Below, piece after piece: positions 54,901 to 64,000 of a DNA stretch of 64,000 nucleotides. Source of the stretch: Auanema rhodensis (Eukaryota; Animalia; Nematoda); the NCBI GenBank assembly GCA_964057225.1, contig OZ059900.1:18724001-18788000 (forward strand). The letters are read 5' to 3'. The translations under genes and the position numbers were made by a program. Each line of letters opens with the position of its first letter. Positions within the stretch are counted from its first letter, which is position 1. Below the pieces are notes generated by a model that saw nothing but the letters and a program-made list of their open reading frames with translations, did not search any database and was not told the DNA's origin.

Positions 54901-57900
54901 CTCATGCAATGTCAATGAAACCTAGCTCAAAATTGTTCCTACAACGTCTAGTTCCACTTTCACGACAACAAAACAGGGGTTAGAAAATTAAGGAAATTAG
55001 CATATTCTGAGGGCACGCCCCTTATGGCTAATATTGATTAAATCGATTTTTGTTCATATGAGTCGTCAAATGCAACGAATTTCAGCGTGTTACATACTAA
55101 AATGAAGCATTTCACATGCTGAACACTAGAAAAATACAAAAACACAGTATTTCCTATGAGAAATATTTTATTATGCTGGAAAACCAGTTTTTGGAAATTT
55201 CGCTGTAAACAAGGTTTTGACTTACGATTTCATGTGTTCAAACTCATGCAATGTCAATGAAACCTAGCTCAAAATTGTTCCTACAACGTCTAGTTCCACT
55301 TTCACGACAAAAAAACAGGGGTTAGAAAATTAAGGAAATTAGCATATTCTGAGGGCACGCCTCTTATGGCTAATATTGATTAAATCGATTTTTGTTCATA
55401 TGAGTCGTCAAATGCAACGAATTTCAGCGTGTTACATACTAAAATGAAGCATTTTACATGCTGAACACTATAAAAATACAAAAACACAGTATTTCCCATG
55501 AGAAATATTTTATTATGCTGGAAAACCAGTTTTTGGAAATTTCGCTGTAAACAAGGTTTTGACTTACGATTTCATGTGTTCAAACTCATGCAATGTCAAT
55601 GAAACCTAGCTCAAAATTGTTCGTACAACGTCTAGTTCCACTTTCACGACAAAAAAACAGGGGTTAGAAAATTGAGGAAATTAGCATATTCTGAGGGCAC
55701 GCCCCTTATGGCTAATATTGATTAAATCGATTTTTGTTCATATGAGTCGTCAAATGCAATTAATTTCAGCGTGTCACATACTAAAATGAAGCATTTTACA
55801 TGCTGAACACTAAAAAAATACAAAAACACAGTATTTCCCATGAGAAATATTTTATTATGCTGGAAAACGAGTTTTTGGAAATTTCGCTGTAAACAAGGTT
55901 TTGACTTACGATTTCATGTGTTCAAACTCATGCAATGTCAATGAAACCTAGCTCAAAATTGTTCCTACAACGTCTAGTTCCACTTTCACGACAAAAAAAC
56001 AGGGGTTAGAAAATTAAGGAAATTAGCAGATTCTGAGGGCACGCCCTTTATGGCTAATATTGATTAAATCGATTTTTGTTCATATGAGTCGTCAAATGCA
56101 ACGAATTTCAGCGTGTTACATACTAAAATGAAGCATTTCACATGCTGAACACTAGAAAAATACAAAAACACAGTATTTCCCATGAGAAATATTTTATTAT
56201 GCTGGAAAACCAGTTTTTGGAAATTTCGCTGTAAACAAGGTTTTGACTTACGATTTCATGTGTTCAAACTCATGCAATGTCAATGAAACCTAGCTCAAGA
56301 TTGTTGGTACAACGTCTAGTTCCACTTTCACGACAAAAAAACAGGGGTTAGAAAATTGAGGAAATTAGCATAATCTGAGGGCACGCCCCTTATGGCTAAT
56401 ATTGATTAAATCGATTTTTGTTCATATGAGTCGTCAAATGCAATTAATTTCAGCGTGTCACATACTAAAATGAAGCATTTTACATGCTGAACACTAAAAA
56501 AATACAAAAACACAGTATTTCCCATGAGAAATATTTTATTATGCTGGAAAACGAGTTTTTGGAAATTTCGCTGTAAACAAGGTTTTGACTTACGATTTCA
56601 TGTGTTCAAACTCATGCAATGTCAATGAAATCTAGCTCGAAATTGTTCCTACAACGTCTAGTTCCACTTTCACGACAAAAAAACAGGGGTTAGAAAATTA
56701 AGGAAATTAGCAGATTCTGAGGGCACGCCCTTTATGGCTTATATTGATTAAATCGATTTTTGTTCATATGAGTCGTCAAATGCAACGAATTTCAGCGTGT
56801 TACATACTAAAATAAAACATTTTACATGCTGAACACTATAAAAATACAAAAACACAGTATTTCCCATGAGAAATATTTTATTATGCTGGAAAACCAGTTT
56901 TTGGAAATTTCGCTGTAAACAAGGTTTTGACTTACGATTTCATGTGTTCAAACTCATGCAATGTCAATGAAACCTAGCTCAAAATTGTTCGTACAACGTC
57001 TAGTTCCACTTTCACGACAAAAAAACAGGGGTTAGAAAATTAAGGAAATTAGCATATTCTGAGGGCACGCCCCTTATGGCTAATATTGATTAAATCGATT
57101 TTTGTTCATATGAGTCGTCAAATGCAACGAATTTCAGCGTGTTACATACTAAAATGAAGCATTTTACATGCTGAACACTAAAAAAATACAAAAACACAGT
57201 ATTTCCCATGAGAAATATTTTATTATGCTGGAAAACGAGTTTTTGGAAATTTCGCTGTAAACAAGGTTTTGACTTACGATTTCATGTGTTCAAACTCATG
57301 CAATGTCAATGAAACCTAGCTCAAAATTGTTCCTACAACGTCTAGTTCCACTTTCACGACAAAAAAACAGGGGTTAGAAAATTAAGGAAATTAGCATATT
57401 CTGAGGGCACGCCCTTTATGGCTAATATTGATTAAATCGATTTTTGTTCATATGAGTCGTCAAATGCAACGAATTTCAGCGTGTTACATACTAAAATGAA
57501 ACATTTTACATGCTGAACACTATAAAAATACAAAAACACAGTATTTCCCATGAGAAATATTTTATTATGCTGGAAAACGAGTTTTTGGAAATTTCGCTGT
57601 AAACAAGGTTTTGACTTACGATTTCATGTGTTCAAACTCATGCAATGTCAATGAAACCTAGCTCAAAATTGTTCCTACAACGTCTAGTTCCACTTTCACG
57701 ACAAAAAAACAGGGGTTAGAAAATTAAGGAAATTAGCATATTCTGAGGGCACGCCCCTTATGGCTAATATTGATTAAATCGATTTTTGTTCATATGAGTC
57801 GTCAAATGAAACGAATTTCAGCGTGTTACATACTAAAATGAAGCATTTTACATGCTGAACACTAGAAAAATACAAAAACACAGTATTTCCCATGAGAAAT

Positions 57901-60900
57901 ATTTTATTATGCTGGAAAACCAGTTTTTGGAAATTTCGCTGTAAACAAGGTTTTGACTTACGATTTCATGTGTTCAAACTCATGCAATGTCAATGAAACC
58001 TAGCTCAAAATTGTTCCTACAACGTCTAGTTCCACTTTCACGACAACAAAACAGGGGTTAGAAAATTAAGGAAATTAGCATATTCTGAGGGCACGCCCCT
58101 TATGGCTAATATTGATTAAATCGATTTTTGTTCATATGAGTCGTCAACTGCAACGAATTTCAGCGTGTTACATACTAAAATGAAGCATTTCACATGCTGA
58201 ACACTAGAAAAATACAAAAACACAGTATTTCCTATGAGAAATATTTTATTATGCTGGAAAACCAGTTTTTGGAAATTTCGCTGTAAACAAGGTTTTGACT
58301 TACGATTTCATGTGTTCAAACTCATGCAATGTCAATGAAACCTAGCTCAAAATTGTTCCTACAACGTCTAGTTCCACTTTCACGACAAAAAAACAGGGGT
58401 TAGAAAATTAAGGAAATTAGCATATTCTGAGGGCACGCCTCTTATGGCTAATATTGATTAAATCGATTTTTGTTCATATGAGTCGTCAAATGCAACGAAT
58501 TTCAGCGTGTTACATACTAAAATGAAGCATTTTACATGCTGAACACTATAAAAATACAAAAACACAGTATTTCCCATGAGAAATATTTTATTATGCTGGA
58601 AAACCAGTTTTTGGAAATTTCGCTGTAAACAAGGTTTTGACTTACGATTTCATGTGTTCAAACTCATGCAATGTCAATGAAACCTAGCTCAAAATTGTTC
58701 GTACAACGTCTAGTTCCACTTTCACGACAAAAAAACAGGGGTTAGAAAATTGAGGAAATTAGCATATTCTGAGGGCACGCCCCTTATGGCTAATATTGAT
58801 TAAATCGATTTTTTTTCATATGAGTCGTCAAATGCAATTAATTTCAGCGTGTCACATACTAAAATGAAGCATTTTACATGCTGAACACTAAAAAAATACA
58901 AAAACACAGTATTTCCCATGAGAAATATTTTATTATGCTGGAAAACGAGTTTTTGGAAATTTCGCTGTAAACAAGGTTTTGACTTACGATTTCATGTGTT
59001 CAAACTCATGCAATGTCAATGAAATCTAGCTCAAAATTGTTCCTACAACGTCTAGTTCCACTTTCACGACAAAAAAACAGGGGTTAGAAAATTAAGGAAA
59101 TTAGCAGATTCTGAGGGCACGCCCTTTATGGCTTATATTGATTAAATCGATTTTTGTTCATATGAGTCGTCAAATGCAACGAATTTCAGCGTGTTACATA
59201 CTAAAATGAAACATTTTACATGCTGAACACTATAAAAATACAAAAACACAGTATTTCCCATGAGAAATATTTTATTATGCTGGAAAACCAGTTTTTGGAA
59301 ATTTCGCTGTAAACAAGGTTTTGACTTACGATTTCATGTGTTCAAACTCATGCAATGTCAATGAAACCTAGCTCAAAATTGTTCCTACAACGTCTAGTTC
59401 CACTTTCACGACAACAAAACAGGGGTTAGAAAATTAAGGAAATTAGCATAATCTGAGGGCACGCCCTTTATGGCTAATATTGATTAAATCGATTTTTGTT
59501 CATATGAGTCGTCAAATGCAACGAATTTCAGCGTGTTACATACTAAAATGAAACATTTTACATGCTGAACACTATAAAAATACAAAAACACAGTATTTCC
59601 CATGAGAAATATTTTATTATGCTGGAAAACCAGTTTTTGGAAATTTCGCTGTAAACAAGGTTTTGACTTACGATTTCATGTGTTCAAACTCATGCAATGT
59701 CAATGAAATCTAGCTCGAAATTGTTCCTACAACGTCTAGTTCCACTTTCACGACAAAAAAACAGGGGTTAGAAAATTAAGGAAATTAGCATATTCTGAGG
59801 GCACGCCCTTTATGGCTAATATTGATTAAATCGATTTTTGTTCATATGAGTCGTCAAATGAAACGAATTTCAGCGTGTTACATACTAAAATGAAGCATTT
59901 TACATGCTGAACACTAGAAAAATACAAAAACACAGTATTTCCCATGAGAAATATTTTATTATGCTGGAAAACCAGTTTTTGGAAATTTCGCTGTAAACAA
60001 GGTTTTGACTTACGATTTCATGTGTTCAAACTCATGCAATGTCAATGAAACCTAGCTCAAAATTGTTCCTACAACGTCTAGTTCCACTTTCACGACAACA
60101 AAACAGGGGTTAGAAAATTAAGGAAATTAGCATATTCTGAGGGCACGCCCCTTATGGCTAATATTGATTAAATCGATTTTTGTTCATATGAGTCGTCAAA
60201 TGCAACGAATTTCAGCGTGTTACATACTAAAATGAAGCATTTCACATGCTGAACACTAGAAAAATACAAAAACACAGTATTTCCTATGAGAAATATTTTA
60301 TTATGCTGGAAAACCAGTTTTTGGAAATTTCGCTGTAAACAAGGTTTTGACTTACGATTTCATGTGTTCAAACTCATGCAATGTCAATGAAACCTAGCTC
60401 AAAATTGTTCCTACAACGTCTAGTTCCACTTTCACGACAAAAAAACAGGGGTTAGAAAATTAAGGAAATTAGCATATTCTGAGGGCACGCCTCTTATGGC
60501 TAATATTGATTAAATCGATTTTTGTTCATATGAGTCGTCAAATGCAACGAATTTCAGCGTGTTACATACTAAAATGAAACATTTTACATGCTGAACACTA
60601 TAAAAATACAAAAACACAGTATTTCCCATGAGAAATATTTTATTATGCTGGAAAACCAGTTTTTGGAAATTTCGCTGTAAACAAGGTTTTGACTTACGAT
60701 TTCATGTGTTCAAACTCATGCAATGTCAATGAAACCTAGCTCAAAATTGTTCCTACAACGTCTAGTTCCACTTTCACGACAACAAAACAGGGGTTAGAAA
60801 ATTAAGGAAATTAGCATATTCTGAGGGCACGCCCTTTATGGCTAATATTGATTAAATCGATTTTTGTTCATATGAGTCGTCAAATGCAACGAATTTCAGC

Positions 60901-61218
60901 GTGTTACATACTAAAATGAAACATTTTACATGCTGAACACTATAAAAATACAAAAACACAGTATTTCCCATGAGAAATATTTTATTATGCTGGAAAACCA
61001 GTTTTTGGAAATTTCGCTGTAAACAAGGTTTTGACTTACGATTTCATGTGTTCAAACTCATGCAATGTCAATGAAACCTAGCTCAAAATTGTTCGTACAA
61101 CGTCTAGTTCCACTTTCACGACAAAAAAACAGGGGTTAGAAAATTAAGGAAATTAGCATATTCTGAGGGCACGCCTCTTATGGCTAATATTGATTAAATC
61201 GATTTTTGTTCATATGAG
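51301..61218. repeat. More diverged sub-array with variable-length HOR (8, 9, 6 monomers)
   Basis: The A11+C219+C249 monomer starts at 51985, 54721, 57799 and 59851, each followed by a C51+T93+C219+T300 monomer. Some monomers (M157, M166) carry about 11 substitutions. Confidence 0.85.
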
Positions 61219-63268
61219 TCGTCAAATGCAACGAATTTCAGCGTGTTACATACTAAAATGAAGCATTTTACATGCTGAACACTAGAAAAATACAAAAACA
61301 CAGTTTTTCCCATGAGAAATATTTTATTATGCTGGAAAACCAGTTTTTGGAAATTTCGCTGTAAACAAGGTTTTGACTTACGATTTCATGTGTTCAAACT
61401 CATGCAATGTCAATGAAACCTAGCTCAAAATTGTTCGTACAACGTCTAGTTCCACTTTCACGACAAAAAAACAGGGGTTAGAAAATTTAGGAAATTAGCA
61501 TATTCTGAGGGCACGCCCCTTATGGCTAATATTGATTAAATCGATTTTTGTTCATATGAGTCGTCAAATGCAACGAATTTCAGCGTGTTACATACTAAAA
61601 TGAAGTATTTTGCATGCTGAACACTAGAAAAATACAAAAACACAGTATTTCCCATGAGAAATATTTTATTATGCTGGAAAACCAGTTTTTGGAAATTTCG
61701 CTGTAAACAAGGTTTTGACTTACGATTTCATGTGTTCAAACTCATGCAATGTCAATGAAACCTAGCTCAAAATTGTTCCTACAACGTCTAGTTCCACTTT
61801 CACGACAAAAAACAGGGGTTAGAAAATTAAGGAAATTAGCATAATCTGAGGGCACGCCCCTTATGGCTAATATTGATTAAATCGATTTTTGTTCATATGA
61901 GTCGTCAAATGCAACGAATTTCAGCGTGTCACATACTTAAATGAAGCATTTTACATGCTGAACACTAGAAAAATACAAAAACACAGTATTTCCCATGAGA
62001 AATATTTTATTATGCTGGAAAACCAGTTTTTGGAATTTTCGCTGTAAACAAGGTTTTGACTTACGATTTCATGTGTTCAAACTCATGCAATGTCAAAGAA
62101 ATCTAGCTCAAAATTGTTCCTACAACGTCTAGTTCCACTTTCACGACAAAAAAACAGGGGTTAGAAAATTAAGGAAATTAGCATATTCTGAGGGCACGCC
62201 TCTTATGGCTAATATTGATTAAATCGATTTTTGTTCATATGAGTCGTCAAATGCAACGAATTTCAGCGTGTTACATACTAAAATGAAGCATTTTACATGC
62301 TGAACACTAGAAAATTACAAAAACACAGTTTTTCCCATGAGAAATATTTTATTATGCTGGAAAACCAGTTTTTGGAAATTTCGCTGTAAACAAGGTTTTG
62401 ACTTACGATTTCATGTGTTCAAACTCATGCAATGTCAATGAAACCTAGCTCAAAATTGTTCGTACAACGTCTAGTTCCACTTTCACGACAAAAAAACAGG
62501 GGTTAGAAAATTTAGGAAATTAGCATATTCTGAGGGCACGCCCCTTATGGCTAATATTGATTAAATCGATTTTTGTTCATATGAGTCGTCAAATGCAACG
62601 AATTTCAGCGTGTTACATACTAAAATGAAGTATTTTGCATGCTGAACACTAGAAAAATACAAAAACACAGTATTTCCCATGAGAAATATTTTATTATGCT
62701 GGAAAACCAGTTTTTGGAAATTTCGCTGTAAACAAGGTTTTGACTTACGATTTCATGTGTTCAAACTCATGCAATGTCAATGAAACCTAGCTCAAAATTG
62801 TTCCTACAACGTCTAGTTCCACTTTCACGACAAAAAACAGGGGTTAGAAAATTAAGGAAATTAGCATAATCTGAGGGCACGCCCCTTATGGCTAATATTG
62901 ATTAAATCGATTTTTGTTCATATGAGTCGTCAAATGCAACGAATTTCAGCGTGTCACATACTTAAATGAAGCATTTTACATGCTGAACACTAGAAAAATA
63001 CAAAAACACAGTATTTCCCATGAGAAATATTTTATTATGCTGGAAAACCAGTTTTTGGAAATTTCGCTGTAAACAAGGTTTTGACTTACGATTTCATGTG
63101 TTCAAACTCATGCAATGTCAATGAAACCTAGCTCAAAACTGTTCCTACAACGTCTAGTTCCACTTTCACGACAAAAAAACAGGGGTTAGAAAATTAAGGA
63201 AATTAGCATATTCTGAGGGCACGACCCTTATGGCTAATATTGATTAAATCGATTTTTGTTCATATGAG
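61219..63268. repeat. 3-monomer (1025 bp) tandem duplication sharing a 1-bp deletion
   Basis: M180/M183 (T87, T270), M181/M184 (AAGTATTTTGCATG, A6 tract, A285) and M182/M185 (C29, T37, C219). Confidence 0.85.
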
Positions 63269-64000
63269 TCGTCAAATGCAACGAATTTCAGCGTGTTACA
63301 TACTAAAATGAAGCATTTTACATGCTGAACACCATAAAAATACAAAAACACAGTATTTCCCATGAGAAATATTTTATTATGCTGGAAAACCAGTTTTTGG
63401 AAGTTTCGCTGTAAACAAGGTTTTGACTTACGATTTCATGTGTTCAAACTCATGCAATGTCAATGAAACCTAGCTCAAAATTGTTCCTACAACGTCTAAT
63501 TCCACTTTCACGACAAAAAAACAGGGGTTAGAAAATTAAGGAAATTAGCATATTCTGAGGGCACGACCCTTATGGCTAATATTGATTAAATCGATTTTTG
63601 TTCATATGAGTCGTCAAATGCAACGAATTTCAGCGTGTCACATACTTAAATGAAGCATTTTACATGCTGAACACTAGAAAAATACAAAAACACAGTATTT
63701 CCTATGAGAAATATTTTATTATGCTGGAAAACCAGTTTTTGGAAATTTCGCTGTAAACAAGGTTTTGACTTACGATTTCATGTGTTCAAACTCATGCAAT
63801 GTCAATGAAACCTAGCTCAAAACTGTTCCTACAACGTCTAGTTCCACTTTCACGACAAAAAAACAGGGGTTAGAAAATTAAGGAAATTAGCATATTCTGA
63901 GGGCACGACCCTTATGGCTAATATTGATTAAATCGATTTTTGTTCATATGAGTCGTCAAATGCAACGAATTTCAGCGTGTTACATACTAAAATGAAGCAT

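Larger units (their letters stand above)
1..64000. repeat. 342-bp tandem satellite DNA array (187 full monomers + 48 bp), running off both window ends
   Basis: TCGTCAAATG recurs at 1, 343, 685, 1027, 1369, 1711 ... 63611, 63953. The period is 342 apart from six 1-bp indels (net -2, consistent with 187x342+1-2=63953). No unique sequence anywhere. Confidence 0.99.

Noticed and set aside
1-64000. CRISPR-like or other repeat-spacer array
   Set aside because: No unique spacers; the entire 342 bp is repeated, and no cas or other genes are present.
1-64000. Array as a sequencing or concatemer artefact
   Set aside because: Variants are linked, regionally clustered and hierarchically duplicated, which random read error or rolling-circle artefacts would not produce; exact copy numbers could still be misassembled.

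Overview
The whole 64 kb window is one uninterrupted, head-to-tail array of a 342-bp AT-rich satellite DNA (about 34% GC by hand count). It holds 187 complete monomers plus 48 bp, all in one orientation. I found no gene, RNA gene, transposon insertion, CRISPR spacer or inversion; all six reading frames are closed by stops within every monomer. Monomers are about 97-100% identical to the consensus, and only 6 of 187 differ in length (by 1 bp). The information lies in the SNP pattern. The array is divided into blocks with their own diagnostic variants and contains emerging higher-order repeats (HORs) and duplications of 3, 5, 8-9 and 10 monomers, with divergence rising beyond about 48 kb. This looks like eukaryotic (peri)centromeric or heterochromatic satellite; the lack of CpG depletion hints at a low-methylation host. 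I cannot name the satellite family or species, and I see no support for a new protein-coding system. Variant names such as C147 give the base and its position in the monomer (position 1 = window base 1, TCGTCAAATG...). Mn = nth monomer. Variants were read by eye, so a few may be missed.
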